Below, in pieces: positions 9,066-17,596 of a stretch of DNA of 64,000 bases. Source of the DNA: Bacteroidota bacterium (GTDB taxonomy: Bacteria > Bacteroidota > Ignavibacteria > UBA10030 > SZUA-254). The DNA is taken from assembly GCA_035518715.1 (NCBI GenBank), contig DATIXJ010000027.1, positions 85,657 through 149,656 of the forward strand, written 5' to 3'. Within the stretch, counting starts at the first letter, position 1; each line of letters begins with the position of its first letter. The notes under the pieces are model-generated. The model was not told where the DNA came from. It made no database searches and saw only the letters and a program-made list of their open reading frames with translations. The translations under genes were made by a program, and so were the position numbers.

Positions 9066-9509
9066 TCACTTTTTCTTCGACTGACACTTTGCGCAAATGC
9101 CGAAAATCTGCAGGGTCGAATTCTGCAGGAGGAATTTTTTCCCCTCGCAGACCTCCTTCTGCAGTTTATCCAGCTTCTCACTGACGAACTCGATAATATC
9201 CCCGCATTCGAGGCAGATAAGGTGATCGTGCCGCGGTTTCCCGAACGCTTTTTCGTATCTGGAGTGGTTCTCGCCGAAACGGTACTTTGAGATAAGGCCG
9301 CAATCGACGAGAAGGTCGAGCGTATTATAGACCGTTGCCCGGGATGCTTTCAGGCCCTTGGCGGTCAGAGCCGCAAAGAGCTCGTCCGCATCGAAATGGT
9401 CATTCGTCTTCATGATCTCTTCGAGAAGGACCAGCCGTTCCCGCGTCGAGCGAAGCTTCTTCTCTGCGAGGTATTTTGCCAGGGTTTCCTTTGCAGCCCG
9501 GATATCCAC
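9066..9509 (-). CDS. fur: Fur-family transcriptional regulator
   Basis: Winged-helix region: RSTRERLVLLEEIMKTNDHFDADELFAALTAKGLKASRATVYNTLDLL. Metal site: HDHLICLECGDIIEF...CAKCQ. I prefer the GTG start at 9509, which gives 147 aa. The longest ORF extends to 9614 and would overlap the divergent promoter region. Confidence 0.85.
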   Translation of the reverse strand: MDIRAAKETLAKYLAEKKLRSTRERLVLLEEIMKTNDHFDADELFAALTAKGLKASRATVYNTLDLLVDCGLISKYRFGENHSRYEKAFGKPRHDHLICLECGDIIEFVSEKLDKLQKEVCEGKKFLLQNSTLQIFGICAKCQSKKK

Positions 9510-9521
9510 GAGATACCTTAA

Positions 9522-9540
9522 ATTTAGAATCAGTCTAAAT
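9522..9540. promoter_or_regulatory. Candidate operator: 7-bp perfect inverted repeat ATTTAGA-N5-TCTAAAT in the fur/SDR divergent spacer
   Basis: ATTTAGAATCAGTCTAAAT lies 13 nt upstream of the proposed fur GTG. It is AT-rich and Fur-box-like in architecture, but it does not match the classical consensus. Confidence 0.3.
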
Positions 9541-9635
9541 ATATAAATTCCCTGTTCCAGAGTCAAGATTCCGGCTTGTATCCCATTCTCCCATCCCGTA
9601 CATTCTTTCATCAAAAAAACCCCGAAGACTGCGCC

Positions 9636-10397
9636 ATGATGATCAATCTTTCCAACCAGGTTGTCTGTATTTCCGGCGGATCCCGCGGAATTGGAGCTGC
9701 AACTGCACGCCTTTTTGCCCGCTCAGGGGCCAGTGTGGCGATTCTTTTTTCACAAAATAAACGCGAAGCAGGCCATGTTATTGACAGTGTTGAGGAGTAT
9801 GGAAGGGATGCAGAGGCGTTTCGCTGCCGCGTTGAACAATTGGATGACTGCCAAAAGGCAATTCGATCGGTTCTCAGGCATTTCGGAAAAATCGATATAC
9901 TAGTCAATTCCGCTGGAATCTGGGAGTTCGGGAAAATCGGAGAGCTGAGCGAACGGAACTGGAAGAAAACACTCGATGTGAATCTCACGGGCACGTTCAA
10001 CCTCTGTAATGAGGTTGTTCCGATCATGAAGCGGCGAAAGTACGGGAGGATTATCAATATTTCGAGTACAGCGGGCCAACGCGGCGAGCCGTTTCATTCG
10101 CACTATGCAGCATCAAAAGGCGGAATCATCGCGTTCACGAAATCCATTGCGGCCGAGCTGATACGGGATGGAATCCGGGTAAATTGTGTAGCTCCGGGCT
10201 GGGTAGACACCGATATGGTGGCCGGGGCGTTGAGAAACCGCCGTGCACGCAAGGAAATTGAACAATCGATCCCCCGAAATAAAATCGCGACTCCGGAAGA
10301 CATTGCCGGACCAATCCTCTTTCTGGCTTCAGACTTGTCGGATCATATCGTTGGCGAGGTCATAAATGTCAACGGTGGGTCTGTGCTCTGCGGCTAA
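9636..10397 (+). CDS. Short-chain dehydrogenase/reductase, FabG-like
   Basis: Cofactor motif ISGGSRGIG, NSAG, and catalytic S...YAASK. I prefer the ATG start at 9636; the track ORF starts at 9576. Confidence 0.9.
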   Translation: MMINLSNQVVCISGGSRGIGAATARLFARSGASVAILFSQNKREAGHVIDSVEEYGRDAEAFRCRVEQLDDCQKAIRSVLRHFGKIDILVNSAGIWEFGKIGELSERNWKKTLDVNLTGTFNLCNEVVPIMKRRKYGRIINISSTAGQRGEPFHSHYAASKGGIIAFTKSIAAELIRDGIRVNCVAPGWVDTDMVAGALRNRRARKEIEQSIPRNKIATPEDIAGPILFLASDLSDHIVGEVINVNGGSVLCG

Positions 10398-10545
10398 AAC
10401 TCTATAAATCTGCACGAAATCAGCGATTTTTCATCACCCCTCAAATTCATTCCGTTTTGCAATTATTTCCCTTGCTTAATTCTGCGAAATTATTATATTT
10501 CAGCCGGTTTATTGATTAGGGAATTCTTATAGTAATTCAGATTAG

Positions 10546-11658
10546 ATGAATAGAGCTAAACGCAATCTCTTAAAGGGAAAGAAGATCGTCCCGAGGCCGA
10601 TACCGAAGAACGTTTCGGTTTTGAAGTTGGTGGATGATTACTTCCAGGCGTACAATTCCGGCAGATTGCGTGAGGGAATTCATCTCTATTCACAAAAAAT
10701 GCTGGCTGCTGACTCAACTGTGGGAATGAGCATCACGGGGGCGCTGACGCCGGCAGGTTTGGGCGGATCATGCATTGTTCCGTTGATTGAAGCCGGGTTC
10801 GTCGACTGGATTGTGAGCACAGGCGCAAATCTCTATCATGACACGCATTTTGCAATCGGCCACTCGCTGCACCGCGGGATGCCGTTCAACGACGACCGGG
10901 TGCTTCGTGATGAGGGGATCATCCGGATCTACGACATACTCTTCAAATATGATGTTCTTCTCTCAACTGATGCGTTTTTCCGTCAGCTTCTGACACTCCC
11001 CGAGTTTCAACGGGAAATGGGGACTGCAGAATTGCATTATCGTCTGGGAAAATATATTGCGGAGCGTGAAAAAGTACTCGGCATGCGGCACAGCAGTCTG
11101 ATTGCAACAGCATATCGGTGCGGGGTACCGGTGTATACATCATCGCCGGGTGACAGTTCCATCGGGATGAATATTGCGGGAGTCGCGCTCACAGGAAACA
11201 AACTCCGGATAGATGTCTTTCTCGATGTGAACGAAACAGCGGCAATTGTGTTGAACGCGAAGCGAAAACGGGGAAAGAGCAGCGTTATTATCCTGGGCGG
11301 CGGGTCGCCGAAGAATTTTGTGCTCCAGACCGAACCGCAGATTCAGGAGGTACTTGGGATTGATGAGCGGGGGCACGATTACTTCCTTCAGATAACGGAT
11401 GCTCGTCCGGATACGGGCGGGCTTTCGGGTGCGACGCCGGCCGAGGCGGTGACCTGGGGGAAAGTCGATCCCGATCGCCTTCCGGATGCTGTGGTGGCGT
11501 ATCTTGATTCGACGGTTGCTCTTCCCATTCTGACGTCATACGCTCTCGGGAAAGTGAAGCCGCGTCCCCTGAAGCGTCTCTATGACCGCCGCCGTGAGCT
11601 GGTCGACCGGCTCTATGTGGAATTCGAAAAAGCGCAGCACAAAAAGACGAGATGTTAG
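10546..11658 (+). CDS. Deoxyhypusine synthase family protein (bacterial DHS-like / homospermidine-synthase-like)
   Basis: Motifs: [28 protein letters not shown] and [10 protein letters not shown]. Length is 370 aa. Confidence 0.85.
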   Translation: MNRAKRNLLKGKKIVPRPIPKNVSVLKLVDDYFQAYNSGRLREGIHLYSQKMLAADSTVGMSITGALTPAGLGGSCIVPLIEAGFVDWIVSTGANLYHDTHFAIGHSLHRGMPFNDDRVLRDEGIIRIYDILFKYDVLLSTDAFFRQLLTLPEFQREMGTAELHYRLGKYIAEREKVLGMRHSSLIATAYRCGVPVYTSSPGDSSIGMNIAGVALTGNKLRIDVFLDVNETAAIVLNAKRKRGKSSVIILGGGSPKNFVLQTEPQIQEVLGIDERGHDYFLQITDARPDTGGLSGATPAEAVTWGKVDPDRLPDAVVAYLDSTVALPILTSYALGKVKPRPLKRLYDRRRELVDRLYVEFEKAQHKKTRC

Positions 11659-11734
11659 GACAAATTCACAAACCAATCCCACAAGGGACTCGCTCGATGA
11701 GCGGGATATTTTCACATTCATATGGAGGGTTACC

Positions 11735-11935
11735 ATGAGCAGATTCACGGAACTACGCGACTTGCTGACCAGCTTCGAAAAGGACTTCATCAAGTTCTAC
11801 GAGAAGGGAAACAAGTCGGCGGGGACACGCGTCCGGAAACAAATGAACGAGTTAAAGAAGAAGGCGCAGGAGATCCGTAAGGAAATCCAGGAGATCAAGG
11901 CGAAGGCAAAGGAAGCCGAAGGCGGCGCACAGTAA
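11735..11935 (+). CDS. Histone H1-like small basic DNA-binding protein
   Basis: MSRFTELRDLLTSFEKDFIKFYEKGNKSAGTRVRKQMNELKKKAQEIRKEIQEIKAKAKE. GGAGGG lies 8 nt upstream of the ATG at 11735. A strong terminator follows the gene. Confidence 0.8.
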   Translation: MSRFTELRDLLTSFEKDFIKFYEKGNKSAGTRVRKQMNELKKKAQEIRKEIQEIKAKAKEAEGGAQ

Positions 11936-11953
11936 TCGCCGGTTTTGATTTTT

Positions 11954-11992
11954 GAGAGACCCTCGCGAGCGGGGGTCTCTCTTCATTTTTTT
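11954..11992 (+). terminator. Rho-independent terminator
   Basis: Stem GAGAGACCC (11954-11962) pairs with GGGTCTCTC (11973-11981). It is followed by TTCATTTTTTT. Confidence 0.8.
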
Positions 11993-12094
11993 GGAGGCGG
12001 ACCCGCACAACGAAGTTTTCGCATCGGACGGGGAGACCTCCTTTGATTCTCACTCAATAATATCGTATTTTGAACAAAAATCCTTGAGTGTGAA

Positions 12095-13255
12095 ATGGAC
12101 GATCAACGTAACGAACCAACTTCCGCGCCAGCCGAGCCCCAGGTAAATCCTCCATCCCCCGTTTCCGAGCAGGTTCGTCCTTCCGAAGGGGAGAGGAAAG
12201 AGCAGGAGCAGCCGTCCCAGCAACAACCCCAGCAGCAATCGAAGGACCGGAGATTCCGGCATCAGCGCCAGCGCAACCAGGGCTTCCGCCATGAAGGTCA
12301 GCAGCAGCAACAGCAGCGCGATGGCAAGAAAGAGATCTCCGTGGTCATCCCTCTGCTCAATGAGGAACAGTCGCTCCCGGAACTCTACGACAAGCTCAGA
12401 TCCGCCCTGAACCGGTTTGGAAGGTTCGAGCTCATTTTTGTAGATGACGGAAGTACCGACGGGTCGCACCGCGTTCTTCAGGATTTGCGCCGGCGTGACC
12501 GCCGGGTGAAGATTATCCGGTTCCGGAGGAATTACGGAAAATCGGCCGCTCTCTCCGTGGGATTCGCGAACGCCACCGGAGACATCGTCATTACGATGGA
12601 TGCCGATCTGCAGGATGATCCGGCGGAGATTCCCAATCTTATCAGTGAAATCAAGAAGGGGTATGATCTCGTTTCGGGGTGGAAGAAGAAGCGCCGCGAT
12701 CCGATCACCAAGACGATTCCGTCGCGATTTTTCAATTTTGTCACCTCCGTGATGACGGGAATCAAGCTCCACGACTTCAACTGCGGACTGAAAGCATACC
12801 GGAAAGAAGTGACGAAGGACGTGAAGATCTACGGCGAGCTTCACCGCTATATTCCGGTGCTGGCACAGTGGGCGGGGTATAAGATCGGGGAGATACCAGT
12901 TCAGCACCATGCCCGGAAATTCGGCAAGACGAAATTCGGCCTCGGAAGGTTCTGGAAGGGCTTTCTCGATCTCCTGACCGTTATCTTCACGACGCGGTAT
13001 ATGCAGCGACCGCTCCATCTCTTCGGTTTCTGGGGAATTGTCTTCTTTCTCGCAGGATTTGCCATCGACCTTTATCTCGCGATTTTGAAGTTTGCCGACG
13101 GGATGTCGCTGAGCAACCGTCCGCTCTTCCTTGGCGGGATCCTGCTCATTATTGTCGGTATACAGTTCATCTCCGTTGGCCTCATCGGCGAACTTGTGAC
13201 GAAAACTCGCCCGACCGACGAGAAGGAATATTCCATCCGGGAAATCTGGAAATAG
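12095..13255 (+). CDS. GT2 polyprenol-phosphate glycosyltransferase (GtrB/CsbB/ArnC-like) with a Gln-rich N-terminal extension of about 95 aa
   Basis: Motifs: VVIPLLNEEQSL, FVDDGSTDGS, TMDADLQDDP. There are two C-terminal TM helices (LHLFGFWGIVFFLAGF and LFLGGILLIIVGIQFISVGLIG). Confidence 0.9.
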   Translation: MDDQRNEPTSAPAEPQVNPPSPVSEQVRPSEGERKEQEQPSQQQPQQQSKDRRFRHQRQRNQGFRHEGQQQQQQRDGKKEISVVIPLLNEEQSLPELYDKLRSALNRFGRFELIFVDDGSTDGSHRVLQDLRRRDRRVKIIRFRRNYGKSAALSVGFANATGDIVITMDADLQDDPAEIPNLISEIKKGYDLVSGWKKKRRDPITKTIPSRFFNFVTSVMTGIKLHDFNCGLKAYRKEVTKDVKIYGELHRYIPVLAQWAGYKIGEIPVQHHARKFGKTKFGLGRFWKGFLDLLTVIFTTRYMQRPLHLFGFWGIVFFLAGFAIDLYLAILKFADGMSLSNRPLFLGGILLIIVGIQFISVGLIGELVTKTRPTDEKEYSIREIWK

Positions 13256-13369
13256 GGCATACCCGTAAGTCATCCGATGAATCCCACTCTTGCGATCCGT
13301 CACAGACTTGCGCGACGTTTTTCGCGATCTTTATGATTTCACTTTCGTTAACGGAACCTCTCGCATTGC

Positions 13370-14470
13370 ATGACGATAACAGTTAAGGACCTGAAGACGG
13401 ACTGCCGTCATTTCCGGGCAGATCTCCCATGCAAACCGCATAAGCAGCACGGGGTTCACTGCGTCGATGATCAGGGCAAGGACTGCAGCTATTATGATCT
13501 GACCGACAAGCGAATTCTCATCATCAAGCTCGGTGCGATCGGCGATGTCATCCGCACGACGCCACTGCTCCGGAAGCTGAAAGAGGTGGAGCCCCACGCG
13601 GAAATCTGGTGGCTGACCCATACGCCCGAAGTGCTCCCGAAAGATTCGATCGATGTCCTTCTCCCGTTCACACCGCAGAGTCTCGCAACGCTGCAGGCGA
13701 CGACATTTGACACCTTGTACTGTCTGGATAAAGACCGCGATGCCTGCGCGCTGAATCTCACGCTTTCCGCGCGCGTGAAGAAGGGCTACACGCTGGCGAA
13801 CGGCAAGTGCGTGCCGGTCGATGCCGATGCGGAGCACAAATATCTCACCGGCGTTTTTGATGATATCAGCAAGGCGAACGTCAAAAGCTACCAGGAGGAG
13901 ATCTTCGAGATCTGCGGCTTCCGGTTCAATGGTGAAGAAAATATCATGCCGCCCGTGGACGGGTACAAGTGGAAGCTTCCGAAGAAGAAGGTGGTTGTCG
14001 GACTGAACACCGGCTGTGGCGGCCGGTGGACATCGCGGCTTTGGCCCGACAAGTACTGGGTCTCACTGGCGAAAAAACTGAAGAAGGCGGGGTATGTGCC
14101 GCTCCTTCTTGGCGGAGAACAGGAACACGAGAAGAACAAGAAGCTCGCAAAGGCAAGCGGCGCGCTCTATCTCGGACATTTCCCGCTGAAGCACTTCATC
14201 AGTGAAGTCGATCAGTGCGATCTCGTCGTCACCGCCGTGACGATGGCGATGCATCTCACCATCGGTTTGCGGAAGAAGATCGTCCTCTTCAACAATATCT
14301 TCAACAAGCATGAATTTGAGCTGTACGGCCGCGGTGAGATCCTCGAACCGGATTTCGACTGCGACTGCTATTATACCCCGGTCTGTCCGAACAACTGCAT
14401 GCAGTACCTATCGGTTGACCGCGTTTTCGACGCATGCCGGCGGCTGATAAAAGCCCCGCATTCGTCCTGA
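13370..14470 (+). CDS. Glycosyltransferase family 9 (heptosyltransferase-like) with a Cys-rich N-terminal segment
   Basis: ILIIKLGAIGDVIRTTPLLRKLKE is the GT9 N-terminal signature. Also LNTGCGGRW and VTAVTMAMHL. Confidence 0.85.
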   Translation: MTITVKDLKTDCRHFRADLPCKPHKQHGVHCVDDQGKDCSYYDLTDKRILIIKLGAIGDVIRTTPLLRKLKEVEPHAEIWWLTHTPEVLPKDSIDVLLPFTPQSLATLQATTFDTLYCLDKDRDACALNLTLSARVKKGYTLANGKCVPVDADAEHKYLTGVFDDISKANVKSYQEEIFEICGFRFNGEENIMPPVDGYKWKLPKKKVVVGLNTGCGGRWTSRLWPDKYWVSLAKKLKKAGYVPLLLGGEQEHEKNKKLAKASGALYLGHFPLKHFISEVDQCDLVVTAVTMAMHLTIGLRKKIVLFNNIFNKHEFELYGRGEILEPDFDCDCYYTPVCPNNCMQYLSVDRVFDACRRLIKAPHSS

Positions 14471-14476
14471 CCGCTC

Positions 14477-16771
14477 ATGGCTAAATCCCAACAGCGTGGT
14501 CAGCCTCAAGCCGGCACACGGGCGCTCTGGCAGCCGAAAGACTGGCACGCGATCCTTTTCATGGTTGCGGCTGCGGCATTCTTTTTCCGCGATATCCTCT
14601 TCCAGCAGGCCTATTTCTGGGAGGATTTTCTCTATTACTTTTATCCCGTCCGGAATCTTGCCGCGGTCTCGCTTGCCGGCGGTCAGCTTCCGCTCTGGAA
14701 CCCGTTCACCTTCTGCGGTATGCCGTTCCAGGCAGATATCCAGACCGCACTTTTTTACATCCCGAATCTTCTTCTCACGTTCTTCGTCTCCAACGGGCAT
14801 CTGAATTTTTACTGGCTGGAAGTTCAGATCATCCTTCATTACGCCCTCGCGGGCGTGACGATGTATTATCTCGCGAAGGAATTCGGCATTGAGCGCCTGT
14901 ACGCCATGTTTTCCGGATTGGCATTCATGCTGTCCGGATTTATGGTCATGCATGCGATCCACCAGGTGGTGATCTGCCAGGTTGCGTGGTTCCCGCTGGT
15001 GGTCGTGCTCTTCCACCGTGCACTCCATCGGAAGTCGCTCCTGCACATGATTCTCGGCGGGCTGGTCCTGGGTCACGCCGTCCTAGCCGGCTATCCGCAG
15101 GTCACGCTCTATATTTTTCTCTTCCTCTTCATCTATTTTCTGGCGGAACTCGGTCACTCCGTTTCCACGCATGGATGGAAAGAAAGTATCCCGGCAATCC
15201 TGATAGGAGCGGGATTCATTCTCTTCGCGGTCGGAATCACCGGCGTGCAGCTTTTTCCCACGATCGAGCTGGCACCGCTTTCGCAGCGCGCGGAAATCAC
15301 CTACCAAAAATCCCTTGAGGGTTCATTGTCGTGGGATCGCCTTGTCACGCTGGTTGTCCCGAAATTTTTCGGAACGAGCAACTCGCAGGGGACTACCTTC
15401 TGGCTTCCAAAGCCATACTGGGAATACTGGGAGACGTGCGTCTATGCCGGCATTGCCGTTCTTGCGCTGGCGATCGTCGCCGTCACAAAATTCCGGAAGA
15501 ACCGTACCATCGCGTTCTTTTCCGCAGTCGCACTCTTTGCACTCATTTACAGTCTGGGAGACGATGGTCTCCTTCACAAATTCTTTTTTTCCGTAGTTCC
15601 GGGTTTCAGCAAATTCCGGAACCCGGCGCGCATGTCGCTTCTTCTCGCATTTTCACTCTCGATCCTTTCTGGATACGGGCTGCAGGAAGTTGCGCATGCG
15701 GTCTCGGCAAAATCGAAACGCTTCATGCTCATTGTCGGATCGATCGCCGGGGCAGGCATTGTTCTCCGCCTGATCATCAGCGGCGGGGCATTCCAGCCCA
15801 CCAACAGCGCGCAGTTCATGCAGCAGCTTCAGCCGATGGTCTCGTCGGAGGCGACGACCGCACTGGTGCTGATCATCGTCGTGGCGGGAATACTCTTCCT
15901 CTGGTATCGTTCCGCGGTTTCCGGGACTGCAGCCGTCATTCTGCTTCTTGCAGTCCAGTTCATCGACATGCACATGTTTGGATTCAGCCAGAACAATTCG
16001 CCGCAAAATCCGCAGGCATATTTTGAACAGACCAAACCTCTCGTGGATATGGTGAAGGACGAAGGTACGCGGGAATATTTCCGCGTGAACTCGCGCAGCG
16101 GAAGTGCCATGATTCTTGACCGCAATCAGGGAATGATCGACCGGATCTGGCTGGTGGAAGGATACACCCCGTTAGCGCTTCAGCGTATTTATCCGCCCGC
16201 GAAAGACTGGCAGCAGCAGTGCGACAGGATGAACGCCAAGATTCATACAGTGGTGGATGAGAGAACGCACGCCGCACACGTGGGAACTTCCACGACGTAC
16301 AGCCCGCGCGTCTATTGTGTTTTCCGGGATACCGTTTTGCCGCAGGATGCAGATATGAAAGCGTTTATGGAAGGCGACAGGTATCAGCCGGATTCGATTG
16401 CAGTGCTTGAAGCTCCTTTACGCGAGCCGTTGGACGGAAGCGGGAAAGGGAGTGCGACGATTACGTCGTACCTCATGAACTCAATGTCCGTGGATGTGAA
16501 TGCCGATAAGAACTGCTATCTCATCTTCGCGGAGGTCTATTACCCCGGCTGGAATGCCTACATCGATGGAGCCCGTGCACCTCTTTTCCGTACAAACTGG
16601 TGCATGCGGGGAGTACCGGTGCCTGCGGGAATTCATCGTGTGGAATTGCGGTTCGAGCCGGACTCGTTCCGCCACGGATTGTGGATCACGATGATAACGG
16701 TGGTGCTTGCAGCCGTTGGAATCGGCTATTCTTCAAGAAAAACCCGCCCTGCCTCCAAACCTCCCGCTTAA
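14477..16771 (+). CDS. YfhO-family polytopic membrane glycosyltransferase (GT-C fold)
   Basis: Multi-TM N-terminal two-thirds with GQLPLWNPFTFCGMPFQADIQ. The C-terminal motif is AEVYYPGWNAYIDG...GIHRVELRFEP followed by a terminal TM helix. Confidence 0.9.
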   Translation: MAKSQQRGQPQAGTRALWQPKDWHAILFMVAAAAFFFRDILFQQAYFWEDFLYYFYPVRNLAAVSLAGGQLPLWNPFTFCGMPFQADIQTALFYIPNLLLTFFVSNGHLNFYWLEVQIILHYALAGVTMYYLAKEFGIERLYAMFSGLAFMLSGFMVMHAIHQVVICQVAWFPLVVVLFHRALHRKSLLHMILGGLVLGHAVLAGYPQVTLYIFLFLFIYFLAELGHSVSTHGWKESIPAILIGAGFILFAVGITGVQLFPTIELAPLSQRAEITYQKSLEGSLSWDRLVTLVVPKFFGTSNSQGTTFWLPKPYWEYWETCVYAGIAVLALAIVAVTKFRKNRTIAFFSAVALFALIYSLGDDGLLHKFFFSVVPGFSKFRNPARMSLLLAFSLSILSGYGLQEVAHAVSAKSKRFMLIVGSIAGAGIVLRLIISGGAFQPTNSAQFMQQLQPMVSSEATTALVLIIVVAGILFLWYRSAVSGTAAVILLLAVQFIDMHMFGFSQNNSPQNPQAYFEQTKPLVDMVKDEGTREYFRVNSRSGSAMILDRNQGMIDRIWLVEGYTPLALQRIYPPAKDWQQQCDRMNAKIHTVVDERTHAAHVGTSTTYSPRVYCVFRDTVLPQDADMKAFMEGDRYQPDSIAVLEAPLREPLDGSGKGSATITSYLMNSMSVDVNADKNCYLIFAEVYYPGWNAYIDGARAPLFRTNWCMRGVPVPAGIHRVELRFEPDSFRHGLWITMITVVLAAVGIGYSSRKTRPASKPPA

Positions 16772-17520
16772 CGGCCCGGCTTTTCTGCAACAAGAATAAT
16801 ATTCTTTCCGATCGGCGGCGTGATGAGCGATTCGATGCTGCGGGAAACGGGTACGAAGAGCCTGTCGTAGAGCCGCACGGCGCGCTCGTTCAAAGAACCG
16901 TCGGAGGTGAATTTGTTGTACACCGCAGCGAAGTATCCGAGAAAATCATCATACTTGCTGACCAGGATATCAAATCCTGCACTTCTCACTTTCCCGCGGA
17001 GATCGTTCAGGCGGTACCGGCGATAGTGCCCGATGCTTGCGTCGAACTTTGAATAGAGTTCCGGCCGGGCGGGAACGTAGACCAGGAGACGGCCCCCGGA
17101 CTGGAGCGACGAGAACAGCTCTTTCAGAATTTCGTCGTCGTGTTCGATGTGTTCGAGAACATCGATCGTGAAGATGTAATCGACCGGTGCGGGGAGTTCC
17201 GACAATGTACGGTATGCGGCGTGCTTGCTTCGGAGGTGCTGAAGATATCCGTCGTCGAGCTCAACCGCGAGGGTCCTGATATTCGGATGTCCGGCGAACC
17301 GGTCGATGAATTCTCCCGATCCTGCTCCGAATTCGAGAACGGCTGCCTGTGCGCGAAGATCGTTCAATCCGAAATACCGCACAATAAGTTCCTCGACCGC
17401 GTTATTCCGGTTGACGGCGCAGTCCGACATCACCTCGAGAACGCTCTTTCCCTGATATTTGAACGGCTCTTCCATGATTCGGGTACAAGGTTCGAAGGCA
17501 ATGTAATGAAACGTCCCCAA
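16768..17520 (-). CDS. Class I SAM-dependent methyltransferase
   Basis: Motif I is VLEFGAGSGEF. The downstream motifs are IFTIDVLEHIEHD and SGGRLLVYVP. The stop overlaps the yfhO stop by 4 nt (convergent genes). Confidence 0.85.
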   Translation of the reverse strand: MGTFHYIAFEPCTRIMEEPFKYQGKSVLEVMSDCAVNRNNAVEELIVRYFGLNDLRAQAAVLEFGAGSGEFIDRFAGHPNIRTLAVELDDGYLQHLRSKHAAYRTLSELPAPVDYIFTIDVLEHIEHDDEILKELFSSLQSGGRLLVYVPARPELYSKFDASIGHYRRYRLNDLRGKVRSAGFDILVSKYDDFLGYFAAVYNKFTSDGSLNERAVRLYDRLFVPVSRSIESLITPPIGKNIILVAEKPGR

Positions 17521-17596
17521 ACGTACAATCCTGAAGGATGCTTCTGGATTGTGACAGATGAGAATTGTATATTGGACAGGATTTCAACGGACCGAT

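Noticed and set aside
9510-9614. The N-terminal 35-codon extension of the fur ORF (the longest ORF starts at 9614)
   Set aside because: The extension would overlap the SDR gene's upstream region and read through the palindromic operator. Starting at GTG 9509 gives a normal 147-aa Fur.
12050-13303. A 417-aa ORF on the minus strand, longer than the + strand GT2 that it overlaps
   Set aside because: It is antisense to a gene with clear GT2 motifs (DDGSTDGS, DADLQDDP). Its translation is low-complexity and Arg/Leu/Pro-rich with no motifs, which is the typical shadow ORF of a GC-rich coding region.
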